Translations under genes and position numbers: made by a program
Shown here: positions 9,429-19,629 of the stretch, piece after piece
Layout of the letters: each line of letters starts with the position of its first letter
Numbering within the stretch: position 1 is the stretch's first letter
Assembly (NCBI GenBank): GCA_035551855.1
Contig: DASZMK010000192.1
Location: forward strand, 21-64,020
Direction: 5' to 3'
DNA from: Solirubrobacteraceae bacterium
GTDB lineage: Bacteria; Actinomycetota; Thermoleophilia; Solirubrobacterales; Solirubrobacteraceae
DNA length: 64,000 nt
The notes under the pieces: generated by a model
Databases searched by the model: none
What the model was told of the DNA's origin: nothing
The model's input: only the letters and a program-made list of their open reading frames with translations

Positions 9429-10513
9429 GCGCGACCGAACTGCACCCGGACGCCGCGGCGCCCGAGGCCGTCAGCGGTCCGGCCGCTCCGCGACGCGGCC
9501 TCGTGCTCGGCGGCATCGTCGCGGCTCTCGCGGTGCTGGCGGTCTTTCCGCTGGTGTTCACCGACCCGACGACGACCTCGATCGCCGTCTTCGCCCTGGT
9601 GTTCATGGTCGCGACGGCCGCGTGGAACATCTTCAGCGGCTACTCGGGCTACCTGGCCCTGGGCCACGCCGTGTTCTTCGGCTGCGGCGGCTACGCGGTG
9701 GCGCTGGCGGCGCGGGACTGGCATCTGGCCGGCGGATGGCCGGTGTTCGCGCTCCTGCCGTTCGGCGGCCTCGTCGCCGGGCTGGTCGCGGTGCCGGTCG
9801 GGCTCATCGCGCTGCGGACGCGGCGGCACACGTTCGTGGTGGTGACGATCGCGATCTTCTTCATCTTCCAGCTGGCCGCGTTCAACCTCGGCTTCACCGG
9901 CGGCACGTCGGGGATCACCCTTCCGTTCGCCCCCTTCTCGGCCGCCAACTACAACCAGCCCTTCTACTACGTGGCCGCGGTCATCCTGATCGTGACGGTG
10001 CTCGTGTCCTGGGCGGTGCGCCGGTCGCGCTTCGGGCTTCAGCTGCTGGCCATCCGCGATGATGAGGATCGCGCCCTCGGCCTCGGCGTCAAGACGCGGC
10101 GGATCAAGCTGACGGCGTTCGTCCTCTCGGCCATCCCGGTGGGCATGGTCGGCGGCCTGTACTTCTATTTCATCGGCCAGGTCTATCCCCAGTTCGCCTT
10201 CGATCCGCTGTTCGACGTGTCCCTGGCGCTGATGGGCTTCCTCGGCGGCCTGGGCACGCTCGTCGGCCCGCTCCTGGGAGCGCTCGTGCTCGAGTCCCTC
10301 CAGCAGTACCTGACGCAGACGTTCTCCGGCAACGGCACGTACCTGATCGCGTACGGCGTGTTGTTCCTGGCCGTGATCCTCGTGCTCCCGCGCGGGGTGG
10401 TGCCCGGGATCGCCGCACTGCTCGAGCGCCGGCGCGTCAAGGCGGCGCTCGCGCGCGGAGACGGCCATGAAACGAAGGTGTCCACCGGCGGAGTTGCGGG
10501 AGCTGCACGATGA
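9425..10513 (+). CDS. Liv-type ABC permease (LivM-like)
   Basis: WNIFSGYSGYLALGHAVFFG, SRFGLQLLAIRDDE, LGGLGTLVGPLLGA. Confidence 0.92.
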   Translation: MSATELHPDAAAPEAVSGPAAPRRGLVLGGIVAALAVLAVFPLVFTDPTTTSIAVFALVFMVATAAWNIFSGYSGYLALGHAVFFGCGGYAVALAARDWHLAGGWPVFALLPFGGLVAGLVAVPVGLIALRTRRHTFVVVTIAIFFIFQLAAFNLGFTGGTSGITLPFAPFSAANYNQPFYYVAAVILIVTVLVSWAVRRSRFGLQLLAIRDDEDRALGLGVKTRRIKLTAFVLSAIPVGMVGGLYFYFIGQVYPQFAFDPLFDVSLALMGFLGGLGTLVGPLLGALVLESLQQYLTQTFSGNGTYLIAYGVLFLAVILVLPRGVVPGIAALLERRRVKAALARGDGHETKVSTGGVAGAAR

Positions 10514-12099
10514 GCAACCTGATCGAGGTCTCCGGCGTCTCGAAGTCCTACGGCGGTGTTCATGCGCTGTCGCTGTGCGATCTCCAGGTCCGCGAGGGCG
10601 AGATCAACGGGCTCATCGGGCCCAACGGCAGCGGCAAGACGACGCTGTTCAACGTCATCACCGGCTACGAGCGGATTCAGCAGGGACAGGTCCACTTCAA
10701 CGGCGCGGAGATCACCAACGCCCCGCCGGACCGGGTGTTCAAGCTCGGCATCGGCCGGACCTTCCAGCTCACGCGGATGTTCGCGCGGCTGACGGTGCTG
10801 GAGAACATGCTCGTGGCCACCCAGCGCCGCGAGGGCTGGCTGCGCGGCGTCATGCGCCTCGCCGGCTCGGTCAGCGAGCGCCGGCGGGCGATGGAGCTGC
10901 TGGACTTCGTCGGCATCACGCGTCTGGCCCACGAGCCGGCCGGCAACCTCTCCTATGGCCAGCGCAAGCTGCTGGAGCTGGCCTCGCTGCTGGTGGCCGA
11001 CCCGGCCATCCTCCTGCTCGACGAGCCGACGGGCGGCGTCAATCCGACCCTGATCGGTCACCTGGGCGATCGGATCACGGATCTGAACCGGGCCGGGAAG
11101 ACGATCCTCGTCGTCGAGCACAACATGGAATTCGTCATGAGCCTGTGCTCGCGGATCACCGTCCTCAGCCAGGGCAGCGCTCTCATCTCCGGAACCCCGG
11201 CCGAGGTGCGCTCCGACCCGGCGGTGCTCGACGCATACCTCGGCGGCGAGGACGATCCGGACACCCAGCTCGAGCTCGCCGAAGGTCCCCGCCAGCACGA
11301 GGCCGGCGGCGTCTCGGCGATGCCGGTGCACACGTCGCCCCGCGAGCGCCTCGGCGACACCCGGGCGCTGCTCACCCTCAAGGGCGTCACCGCCGGGTAC
11401 GGCGGCGGTGACATCCTCAAGCAGGTGACGCTCGAGGTCCCCCGCGGGAGGATCACCTGCGTGGTCGGCCCCAACGGTGCCGGTAAGTCGACGCTGATGG
11501 CGACGATCAGCGGCCTGCTCCGTCCGCGTGAGGGGGAGATCCGATTCGACGGCGACCTCGTCTCAGGGCACACGCCCAAGCAGATCCTGGCCCGCGGAAT
11601 CGCGCAGATCCCGCAGGCTCACAGCCTGTTCGGCGACATGACCGTGCGCGAGAACGTGGAGATGGGCGCCTTCACCGTCCGGGACCGCGCCCTCGTGCAG
11701 GCGCGCCTGAAGGCCGTCGAAGAGCTGTATCCGATCGTCCGTGACCGGGCCGAGGAGAAGGCGGGCAGCCTCTCCGGCGGCCAGCAGCGGCTGGTGGAGT
11801 TCGCCCGGTGCCTGATGCTCGACCCGGAGCTGATCATGCTCGACGAGCCGTCGATGGGGCTCGATCCCCAGACGCGCCAGATGGTGTTCGACATGGTGGA
11901 GCTCATGAACCGGCAGGGCAAGACGATCCTGCTGGTCGAGCAGAACGCGCGGGCCGGGTTGAAGCTCAGCTCCCACGGCGTGGTGCTGGAGAACGGCATG
12001 GTCCGGCTGACCGGGAGCGGGCGCGACGTGCTCGAGCATCCGGAGATCGGCGCGCTCTACCTCGGCGGAGCGGTGGCCACCGAGGGCGCAGCGACCTAG
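10510..12099 (+). CDS. Fused double ABC ATPase (LivG-like plus LivF-like)
   Basis: Two Walker A motifs (GPNGSGKT, GPNGAGKS), two signatures (LSYGQ, LSGGQ), two LDEP. Confidence 0.93.
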   Translation: MSNLIEVSGVSKSYGGVHALSLCDLQVREGEINGLIGPNGSGKTTLFNVITGYERIQQGQVHFNGAEITNAPPDRVFKLGIGRTFQLTRMFARLTVLENMLVATQRREGWLRGVMRLAGSVSERRRAMELLDFVGITRLAHEPAGNLSYGQRKLLELASLLVADPAILLLDEPTGGVNPTLIGHLGDRITDLNRAGKTILVVEHNMEFVMSLCSRITVLSQGSALISGTPAEVRSDPAVLDAYLGGEDDPDTQLELAEGPRQHEAGGVSAMPVHTSPRERLGDTRALLTLKGVTAGYGGGDILKQVTLEVPRGRITCVVGPNGAGKSTLMATISGLLRPREGEIRFDGDLVSGHTPKQILARGIAQIPQAHSLFGDMTVRENVEMGAFTVRDRALVQARLKAVEELYPIVRDRAEEKAGSLSGGQQRLVEFARCLMLDPELIMLDEPSMGLDPQTRQMVFDMVELMNRQGKTILLVEQNARAGLKLSSHGVVLENGMVRLTGSGRDVLEHPEIGALYLGGAVATEGAAT

Positions 12100-12270
12100 C
12101 CGCCGCCCGGTGCTCCAGGTCGTCGACGGGGATGCGATCCTGGCCCCGCTGTCGGAGGCGGGCGCCGGCCACGTGCTCCTCAGCCCGTGGGTGAGGACGC
12201 CGAACGGGCGGTTCGCCGGCGCCAACGCCGCGCGCGAGCTGCGACAGACAACCAGCCTGAGGAGTTGAGC

Positions 12271-13326
12271 GTGTCCGACGAACGGGTGCAGACGGCGATC
12301 CGCAACTGGGCCGGGCGTTTCATCGCCAACGGGATCGACTACAACGACTTCGTGCGCACCACCGCCGCCATCGCGCGCTGGGGCGAGTGGCTGAGCGCGT
12401 GGACCGAGACGGCCCGGGTTCACCTGATGCTGGCCGAGGAGGCGCAGGCCAATGGGCATGACCGCAGCGCCGGTGAGGCGTACGTCCGCGCCGCCGTCAG
12501 CTTTCACTTCTCGAAGTTCGTCTGGGTGCTCGACCCGGAGCTGCACCGCCGCAACACCGAGGCGGCGGTGCGTTGTCTGTACGCCGCCCACGCGCTCCTC
12601 GATTCCACGGCCGAGCGCATCGAGGCCGCCGTCGAGGGCGGGACGGTCGTCGCCAATCTCCGCCGCCCGGCGGCCGACGCGCCCGCTCCGCTCGTTGTGC
12701 TCATCCCGGGGCTGGACTCGACCAAGGAGGAGTTCTTCCACTGGGAGTCGGTGTTCCTGAACCGGGGGATGGCGACGCTCTCGCTCGACGGCCCGGGCCA
12801 GGGCGAGACGGGACTGATCATGAACATCCGTCCTGACTACGAGATCGCGGTGGCGGCCATCCTCGATGCGGTCGCGGAGCGCCCGGAGCTTGATCGCGAG
12901 CGGGTCGGCGCCGTCGGCGTCAGCCTCGGTGGCCACTACGTGGTCCGCGCCGCCGCCTACGAGCCGCGGATCCGGGCGCTGGCCGGCGTGAGCGGGCCGT
13001 TCGACTTCGCCGCCACGTGGGACACGATGCCCCAGCTGACCCGGGAGACGATCGTGCACCACACCGGGGCCGACGGCGACGCCCAGGCTCGCCGCCGCGC
13101 CCAGGAGCTCACCCTCGACGGCGTCGCCGAGCGAGTGGAGCAGCCATGCCTGGTCGTGACCGGCAAGCTCGACCGCGTCATTCCGTGGCAGGAGACGAGG
13201 CGGATCGCCGAGGCCGTGCCGGATGCCAGGTGGGTCCTCTATGACGACGGCACCCACGTGTGCAACAACATCCCGTTCAAGTATCGCCCCCTCGTCGCCG
13301 ACTGGATCCGCGGGAGGCTTCGGTGA
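12271..13326 (+). CDS. Alpha/beta hydrolase resembling 2,6-dihydroxypseudooxynicotine (C-C bond) hydrolase
   Basis: GLDSTKEE, RGMATLSLDGPGQGE, nucleophile elbow GVSLGG, DGTHVCNN. Confidence 0.8.
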   Translation: MSDERVQTAIRNWAGRFIANGIDYNDFVRTTAAIARWGEWLSAWTETARVHLMLAEEAQANGHDRSAGEAYVRAAVSFHFSKFVWVLDPELHRRNTEAAVRCLYAAHALLDSTAERIEAAVEGGTVVANLRRPAADAPAPLVVLIPGLDSTKEEFFHWESVFLNRGMATLSLDGPGQGETGLIMNIRPDYEIAVAAILDAVAERPELDRERVGAVGVSLGGHYVVRAAAYEPRIRALAGVSGPFDFAATWDTMPQLTRETIVHHTGADGDAQARRRAQELTLDGVAERVEQPCLVVTGKLDRVIPWQETRRIAEAVPDARWVLYDDGTHVCNNIPFKYRPLVADWIRGRLR

Positions 13327-15575
13327 CGACACGGCTCGTCGGCGCGCCGCTGACCCGGCGCGAGGACGCGCGTGTCCTGCGCGGGGAGACCCGCTACGTC
13401 GACGACATCGTCATCCCCGGTGCGGCGCAGGCGGCGTTCGTGCGCAGCCCCCACGCCAGCGCCGCGATCCAGTCGATCGCCGTGCCGGAGCCGTCCGAAG
13501 CCGACGGCCTGCTCGCCGTGATCACCGGACGTGAGCTTGCCGGGCTGCGCTCGTTTCCGGTGATGGAGCCGCGGGGCGCACACGTCGCCGCTGGGGAGGC
13601 CCACCCCGTCCTGCCCGTCGACGAGGTCCGCTACGCCGGCCAGCCGGTGGCGGCCGTCATCGCCCGCACCCGGGCCCTGGCCGAGGACGCCGCCGAGCTC
13701 GTCGAGGTCGAATACGAGGCACGGCCCGCCGTGCTCTCGCCGCGAGCGTCCGATCTGACGCTGATGCGCTGGTCGCAGCGGACGGGCGACGTCGACGCCG
13801 CCTTCGCGGCTGCCGCCCACGTCGTGACCGGCCGCTACGCGCTGCCGCGGCTGGTGGCGGCCCCCATGGAGGCGCGCGGCGCGATCGCCCGCTACGACGC
13901 CGACGCGGATGGGCTGACGGTGTGGTGCTCGGCTCAGGACATCCACCGCTCCCGGGCGCAGCTGTCGCACATCCTCGGTCGCGACGAGGGCACGATCCAC
14001 CTGATCGTCCCGGACGTGGGCGGCGCCTTCGGAAGCAAGGGGGTGGTCGCTCCGGAGGTGGCGGCGATCGCCGCCGCGGCGATCCGGCTCGGCGTCCCGG
14101 TCAGGTGGACCGAGGACCGGCTGGAGAACCTGGTGGGCGCCTACCAGGGACGTGGCATCGAGGGCGACGTCGCTCTCGCCCTCGCCGCCGATGGCCGGAT
14201 GCTCGCCCTGCGAGCCCGGCTGTGGGCGGACCTCGGCGGCTACCTGCTCACGACGACGCCGATCCCTCCGCACACCGCCGCGACGCTGATCACCGGCGTC
14301 TACGACATCCCGGCCGCCGACGTGGAGGTCACCGGCGCTCGCACCCACAAGGTCCCGACCGGCCCCTACCGCGGCGCCGGTCGTCCGGACGCGGCGTACA
14401 TGATCGAGCGCCTCGTCGACCGAGCGGCGCGCGAGCTCGACCTGGACCGCATCGAGCTGCGCCGGCGCAACCTGATCCGCCGGTTTCCCCACCGCACCCC
14501 CACCGGCCTCGAGTACGACTCCGGCGACTACGAGCGGTGCCTCGACCTCGCCCTGGAGCTCGCCGGTCCGGACCAGCCGAGCCGGCCGTTGGGCGCGGAC
14601 GTGGCCCGCGGCACGGGGTTCGCGATGTACGTCGAGCGCGCCGGAGGCGGCTTCGAGAGCGCCCGGATCCAGCTTCGGCCCGGGGGGCGGTTCCTCATCG
14701 ACTCCAGCTCCAGCCCGCACGGGCAGGGCCACGACATCACGTTCGCCCAGATCGCGGCCGAGCGCCTGCAGACCGCGCCTGGGGCGATCGAGCTGCGCTT
14801 CGGCGACAGCGCCAGCGCACCGGGCGGGGTCGGCACGTTCGGCAGCCGTTCGGTGGCTCAGGCCGGGTCGGCGGTCGCCAGGGCGGCCGACGCGATGGTG
14901 GGGGAGGGAGCCAGGCTGGCGGCCCATCTGCTCGGTCTCGAGGCTGGCGCGGTCAGGCTCACGCCGGCCGGCTTCCTCGGTGACGGGGCAGCGCTGTCCT
15001 GGGCTGAGATCGCCGACTCGGCGGCCGCCCCGGACGGTCATCCACCGGGCGGCGCGCCGGGGCCGCTCCAGGCGTCCGCCCGCTTCGAATCCGCCAACGT
15101 CTTCTCGTCCGGCGTGCACGCCGCCGAGGTCGACATCGACCCGGAGACGGGGCAGCTCAGCGTGCGGCGGCTGGTGGCCGTCGACGACGCCGGCACCCTG
15201 ATCAACCCGCTGCTCGCACACGGCCAGGTGATCGGCGGGGTCGTGCAGGCGCTCGGCGAGTGCCTGGTGGAGGAGGCGGTGTACGACGACGACGGCCAGA
15301 TGCGCAGCGGCTCGTTTCTGGACTACAGCCTGCTGACCGCCGCGGAGATCCCGCCGATCATCACCGGCGAGGTCGAGACACCCACGCCGCTGAACCCGCT
15401 CGGCGCCAAGGGCGCCGGCGAGGGGGGTGCGGTCGGCGCGCTCCCGGCTGTGGCCAACGCGGTCACCGACGCCCTCGGCGGGCGTCACGTCGAGCCGCCG
15501 TACACGGCCGACAAGCTGTGGCGGGCGCTCCACGGGGCCGACGACCGCCCGGCGGTCCCGGAGGAGCGGCGATGA
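13323..15575 (+). CDS. Xanthine dehydrogenase-family molybdopterin-binding large subunit (CoxL/CutL-like, not form I CODH)
   Basis: RREDARVLRG, DVGGAFGSK, PYRGAGRP, GQGH, GTFGSRS, NPLGAKGAGE. Confidence 0.92.
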   Translation: MTTRLVGAPLTRREDARVLRGETRYVDDIVIPGAAQAAFVRSPHASAAIQSIAVPEPSEADGLLAVITGRELAGLRSFPVMEPRGAHVAAGEAHPVLPVDEVRYAGQPVAAVIARTRALAEDAAELVEVEYEARPAVLSPRASDLTLMRWSQRTGDVDAAFAAAAHVVTGRYALPRLVAAPMEARGAIARYDADADGLTVWCSAQDIHRSRAQLSHILGRDEGTIHLIVPDVGGAFGSKGVVAPEVAAIAAAAIRLGVPVRWTEDRLENLVGAYQGRGIEGDVALALAADGRMLALRARLWADLGGYLLTTTPIPPHTAATLITGVYDIPAADVEVTGARTHKVPTGPYRGAGRPDAAYMIERLVDRAARELDLDRIELRRRNLIRRFPHRTPTGLEYDSGDYERCLDLALELAGPDQPSRPLGADVARGTGFAMYVERAGGGFESARIQLRPGGRFLIDSSSSPHGQGHDITFAQIAAERLQTAPGAIELRFGDSASAPGGVGTFGSRSVAQAGSAVARAADAMVGEGARLAAHLLGLEAGAVRLTPAGFLGDGAALSWAEIADSAAAPDGHPPGGAPGPLQASARFESANVFSSGVHAAEVDIDPETGQLSVRRLVAVDDAGTLINPLLAHGQVIGGVVQALGECLVEEAVYDDDGQMRSGSFLDYSLLTAAEIPPIITGEVETPTPLNPLGAKGAGEGGAVGALPAVANAVTDALGGRHVEPPYTADKLWRALHGADDRPAVPEERR

Positions 15576-16372
15576 AGCCGGCCCCGTTCGTCTACACGCC
15601 GGCTCCGTCGGTGGCCGGCGCCCTGGAGCTGCTGGCCGATGAGGACGCCACGGCGCTGGCCGGCGGGCAGAGTCTGGTCCCGCTGCTGAACTTCCGCCTC
15701 GCCCGGCCCGGGGTCCTCGTCGACCTCAACCCGCTCACCGCGCTTGATCACCTGCACGTGACCGGTGGGGCTTTGCGGATCGGCGCGCTGACGCGCCAGG
15801 CGACCCTCCAGCGGTCGGCGACCGTCGCCGAGGGGTGGCCGCTCCTGACCGAGGCCGTCTCCCACGTCGGCCACGCCGCGATCCGCAACCGCGGCACGGT
15901 GGGCGGATCGGTGGCCCATGCCGACCCGGCGGCCGAGCTGCCGGTCGCGCTCACCGCTCTCGATGCCCGGTTTCACCTCAGGTCGGGCGCCGGCGAGCGG
16001 ACCCTGAGCGCGTCGGAGCTGTTCCAGGGGCCGATGACGACCGCACTGGAGACGGGAGAGCTGCTCGTCGAGATCGAGGTGCCGCCGGTTGGGCCCGGGG
16101 CGCGGATGGCGTTTCTGGAGCACGCCCGCACCCACGGGGACTTCGCGGTGGCCGGGGCGGCGGTCGTGCTCGTGCCCGGTGAGCGGGCGGCGATCGCGCT
16201 CCTCGGCGCGGCGGTCACGCCGGTGCGCGCCCACGCCGCCGAGCGAGCGCTCCTGGGCGGCGCGGCCGCGGCCGAGGCCGCCCGGTTGGCGGGTGCCGAT
16301 GTCGGCGACGATCACCGGCGGGCGCTGATCACCACCCTGACGCGGCGGGCGCTCGAGCGGGTGCTGGCGTGA
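15572..16372 (+). CDS. Molybdenum hydroxylase FAD-binding medium subunit
   Basis: MKPAPFVY, LAGGQSLVPLLNFRLARP, IRNRGTVGGSVAHADPAAE. Confidence 0.92.
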   Translation: MKPAPFVYTPAPSVAGALELLADEDATALAGGQSLVPLLNFRLARPGVLVDLNPLTALDHLHVTGGALRIGALTRQATLQRSATVAEGWPLLTEAVSHVGHAAIRNRGTVGGSVAHADPAAELPVALTALDARFHLRSGAGERTLSASELFQGPMTTALETGELLVEIEVPPVGPGARMAFLEHARTHGDFAVAGAAVVLVPGERAAIALLGAAVTPVRAHAAERALLGGAAAAEAARLAGADVGDDHRRALITTLTRRALERVLA

Positions 16373-16842
16373 GGGTCTCGATGGTCATCAACGGCCGCAC
16401 CTACGACGACGAGGTGGAGGACCGGACGCTGCTGTCGGACTTCATCCGCCACCAGGCCGGCCTGACGGGGACGCACGTCGGATGCGAGCACGGTGTGTGC
16501 GGCGCCTGCACCGTCCAGCTGGACGGCGAGCCCGTGCGGTCGTGCCTGATGCTCGCCGTGCAGGCCGACGGGCGGTCGCTGCGGACCGTCGAGGGGCTGG
16601 CCGGGCCGGACGGCGAGCTCTCGGTCCTGCAGCGCGCGTTCACCGAGCATCACGCCCTCCAATGCGGCTTCTGCACGGCCGGTTTCCTGATGACCGCCGA
16701 CGCGCTGCTCCGGCGCCGGGAGACGGGCTCGATCAGCGAGGCCGAGATCCGCGAGGAGCTGGCCGGCAACCTGTGTCGCTGCACGGGCTACGAGGGGATC
16801 GTGGCCGCCGTCCGCACGGCCGCGCAGAGCCCGCGGCACTGA
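16369..16842 (+). CDS. Molybdenum hydroxylase 2Fe-2S small subunit
   Basis: GCEHGVCGACT, QCGFCTAG, GNLCRCTGY. Confidence 0.95.
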   Translation: MRVSMVINGRTYDDEVEDRTLLSDFIRHQAGLTGTHVGCEHGVCGACTVQLDGEPVRSCLMLAVQADGRSLRTVEGLAGPDGELSVLQRAFTEHHALQCGFCTAGFLMTADALLRRRETGSISEAEIREELAGNLCRCTGYEGIVAAVRTAAQSPRH

Positions 16843-16963
16843 CCCGCTCGACCGCCGGTCGGTCCCAGACCGCAGGCGGCCTGTGGTTTTGCCGCACCGC
16901 CGACCGCGAAATCCGGTGCCGTGCCGGCCTCGAGCCGCTGCCGAGCCCACCGCCCAGCGACCG

Positions 16964-18376
16964 TCAGCGCGGCGGTCCTCCCGGCGAACCGCCGATGGCG
17001 TCAGCCGCCGGCAGGCCGTTGCCGCGCCCGGCGGTTGCGCCGGTGGCCACCCTCGGGATCGCCTCGTGGGTGTCGGCGTCCAGCTGGGTGTTGCGGTTGG
17101 ATTGGGGGTCGCGCTCGAGGGACAGGCTGCCGCCCGCGGTGAAGTACGGCCGGCCGGCGATGACGAGATCCTCGGCGGGGAACCGGGTGATGACCTCACA
17201 GCCGTCGGCGGTGACCACGAGCTGCTCCTCGATGCGCGCCGCCGACCATCCATCGGTGGCGGGCCAGAACGTCTCGAGGGCGAACACCATCCCCTCCCGG
17301 ATCTCCTCCGGGTGATCCAGGGAGACGAGCCGGCTGAAGATCGGCTTCTCCCAGATCGTCAGCCCCACGCCGTGGCCGAACTGCAGCGCGAAGGCGGCTT
17401 CCTCATCCGGGAAGCCGAACTCCTGGGCCTTCGGCCACAGCGAGACGACGTCGGCGGTCGTGACGCCCGGGCGGATCAGGCTGATTGCCGCGTCCAGGTA
17501 ATAGCGACAGCGCTTGTAGGCGTCGACGAGCGGGCGCGAGGCGCTGCCCACCGCGAACGTGCGGTAGTAGCACGTCCGGTAGCCCATGTAGCTGTGCAGG
17601 ATGTCGAAGTACGCCGGATCCCCCGGGCGCAGCGCCCGGTCGGTGAACACGTGGGGGTGGGGGCTGCACCGTTCGCCGGAGATGGCGTTGACACCCTCCA
17701 CGAACTCGGAGCCCAGCTCGTACAGCACCCGGTTGACCAGGGCCACGCAGTCGTTCTCCCGGATCCCCGCCCGCATCGTCCGGTAGAGCTCCTCGTAGGC
17801 GGCGTCGACCATCGAGCAGGCCATGTTGAGCAGCGTGATCTCGTCCCGGGTCTTGATCATCCGCGCCTGCTGCATGAGCTGCTGGCCGTCGACGACGCGG
17901 ACGCCCTCCTTCTGCAGCGCGAACAGGACGGGCGGCTCGATCGCATCGATGCCGACCGGCTCACCGAGCAGCCCGCGCTGCTCCAGCTCGGTGCGGATCT
18001 TGGCCGCGACGTCCTCGGCACGCCCGGACTCCGGCGACATGGCGCCGCGCATCGTCGAGATGCCGGCACGGGAACGGCCGTCGGCCAGCCACGGGTTGTA
18101 CAGCTGGTGGTGGCGCGCCGCCGAGCCGAAGTCCCACATGATCGGCTCATCGCCCTGGGGCAGGAGGCAGAACCGGTTGAGCTTGTCCTGGGCCCAGGTG
18201 CCGATGTGGGTGGCGGTGACATAGCGGATGTTGCTCATGTCGAAGCACAGGAGGGCGCCGAGGTCGGACTCGGCCAGCAGCTCCGTGATCCGCGCCAGCC
18301 GCTCATCGCGCAGTCGGTCGTAGCGGACACGCTCCTCCCAATCGACTCCCATGACGCCGTAGCTGTGCAGGCCCAT
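16964..18376 (-). CDS. M24 (Xaa-Pro peptidase/creatinase fold) hydrolase
   Basis: ARMIKTRDEI, FGHGVGL, GMVFALET, ARIEEQLVVT. Confidence 0.88.
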   Translation of the reverse strand: MGLHSYGVMGVDWEERVRYDRLRDERLARITELLAESDLGALLCFDMSNIRYVTATHIGTWAQDKLNRFCLLPQGDEPIMWDFGSAARHHQLYNPWLADGRSRAGISTMRGAMSPESGRAEDVAAKIRTELEQRGLLGEPVGIDAIEPPVLFALQKEGVRVVDGQQLMQQARMIKTRDEITLLNMACSMVDAAYEELYRTMRAGIRENDCVALVNRVLYELGSEFVEGVNAISGERCSPHPHVFTDRALRPGDPAYFDILHSYMGYRTCYYRTFAVGSASRPLVDAYKRCRYYLDAAISLIRPGVTTADVVSLWPKAQEFGFPDEEAAFALQFGHGVGLTIWEKPIFSRLVSLDHPEEIREGMVFALETFWPATDGWSAARIEEQLVVTADGCEVITRFPAEDLVIAGRPYFTAGGSLSLERDPQSNRNTQLDADTHEAIPRVATGATAGRGNGLPAADAIGGSPGGPPR

Positions 18377-18396
18377 TGCCTCGCCTCCTCATCTTT

Positions 18397-18478
18397 TGCA
18401 ACCGATTGCAGCCCAGCTTACGTTACTTGACCGGGGACCGCCGGGTAAACTAAGATCTCGCAGTCGCAATCGATTGCA
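18397..18478. promoter_or_regulatory. Divergent promoters with two LacI-type operators
   Basis: TGCAACCGATTGCA 18397-18410 and CGCAATCGATTGCA 18465-18478; plus strand TTGACC-18-TAAGAT; minus strand TTTACC-18-TAACGT. Confidence 0.7.
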
Positions 18479-18494
18479 ACCCGTGAGGAGCAAA

Positions 18495-19481
18495 ATGGGC
18501 AGCGAGCACATGACCAGCCTCGGCTGGATTGGGGTGGGGCGCATGGGCAGAGCACTGGTCATCCGGTTGCTCGAGGCCGGACACGAGGTCGCCATCTACA
18601 ACCGGACCCGGGAGAAGGCGCTTGACCTCGAACAGCTCGGCGCCACCGTCGTCGACTCGCCCGCCGACCTGGCCGACTGCGACATCGTGTTCACGATGGT
18701 CGCGGGCTCCGGTGACGTGGAGGAGGTCATCAACGGCCCCTCCGGCCTACTGTCCCGCCAGGATGCTCAGCCGGGGCTGATCGTCGACTCCACCACCATC
18801 TCGCCGGCCGCGGCCGAGCAGATCCGCGCCCAGGCGCAGGCCCGCGGCACCGCCATGCTCGCCGCCCCCGTCAGCGGCAATCCCAAGGTCGCCGAGAGCG
18901 GACGGCTGACGATCGTCGCCTCCGGTCCGGCCGACGCGTGGGAGCAGGCCCGGCCCTTCCTCGAGTTGCTCTGCCGCCGGGTCACCTACGTCGGCGAGGG
19001 CGAGCGCGCCCGGCTCGTGAAGGTCTGCCACAACCTGATGCTCGGCGTCGTGGCGCAGTGCCTGGCCGAGATCACGGTCCTGGCGGAGAAGGGCGGCGTC
19101 ACCCGTGCCGACTTTCTGGAGTTCCTCAACGACAGCGTCATGGGCTCCACCTTCACCCGCTACAAGAGCCCGGCCTACGTCAACCTCGACTTCAAGCCGA
19201 CGTTCACCCCGGACCTGCTGCTCAAGGATTTCCATCTCGGCTTCGAGGCCGCTCGGGAGCTCGACGTCGCCATGCCCCTCGCCGCCGCCACCGAGCAGAT
19301 CATCCAGGGACTGGCCGGCATCAAGGGCAACGAGGTCGACTTCGCCGCCCTGATCGAGCTCTCGGCGCAGGCGTCCGGCCTCGCCCTCCATCCCGAGGAT
19401 GTCGAGGTCGACGACGGCCTCAGCCCACTCGCGTCCAGTCCCAACGGCAGCGGCCCGAACGAGGCGGCAGCGGCGCGCTGA
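18495..19481 (+). CDS. NAD(P)-dependent beta-hydroxyacid dehydrogenase (3-hydroxyisobutyrate dehydrogenase family)
   Basis: GWIGVGRMG, YNRT, AAPVSG, catalytic-Lys motif VKVCHN. Confidence 0.9.
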   Translation: MGSEHMTSLGWIGVGRMGRALVIRLLEAGHEVAIYNRTREKALDLEQLGATVVDSPADLADCDIVFTMVAGSGDVEEVINGPSGLLSRQDAQPGLIVDSTTISPAAAEQIRAQAQARGTAMLAAPVSGNPKVAESGRLTIVASGPADAWEQARPFLELLCRRVTYVGEGERARLVKVCHNLMLGVVAQCLAEITVLAEKGGVTRADFLEFLNDSVMGSTFTRYKSPAYVNLDFKPTFTPDLLLKDFHLGFEAARELDVAMPLAAATEQIIQGLAGIKGNEVDFAALIELSAQASGLALHPEDVEVDDGLSPLASSPNGSGPNEAAAAR

Positions 19482-19629
19482 GGCGCAGCTGACCCCCTGG
19501 TGCGGCGCACTAGTCCCCGGGGCGCTGCCGGCGGGCTGAACGTCTGGCCACGAAGGAGGGCGCCCCGGGCGGGGCGCGGCCGCCGGACGCGGCCTCCGCT
19601 CGCCGGGCTGCGCCGCCCCCGGCGCGACA

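Noticed and set aside
13239-15533. Long antisense and alternate-frame ORFs (e.g. 764 aa here; also 24902-26560, 28540-30279, 48003-49976)
   Set aside because: Shadow ORFs of real genes, expected in very GC-rich DNA; Arg/Pro-rich with no recognisable motifs
13323-16842. Aerobic carbon monoxide dehydrogenase
   Set aside because: Active-site loop is YRGAGR, not the form I AYxCSFR; no cox accessory genes are present
12271-16842. Nicotine degradation cluster
   Set aside because: No 6-hydroxynicotine oxidase, dihydroxypyridine hydroxylase or second Mo hydroxylase is visible in the window
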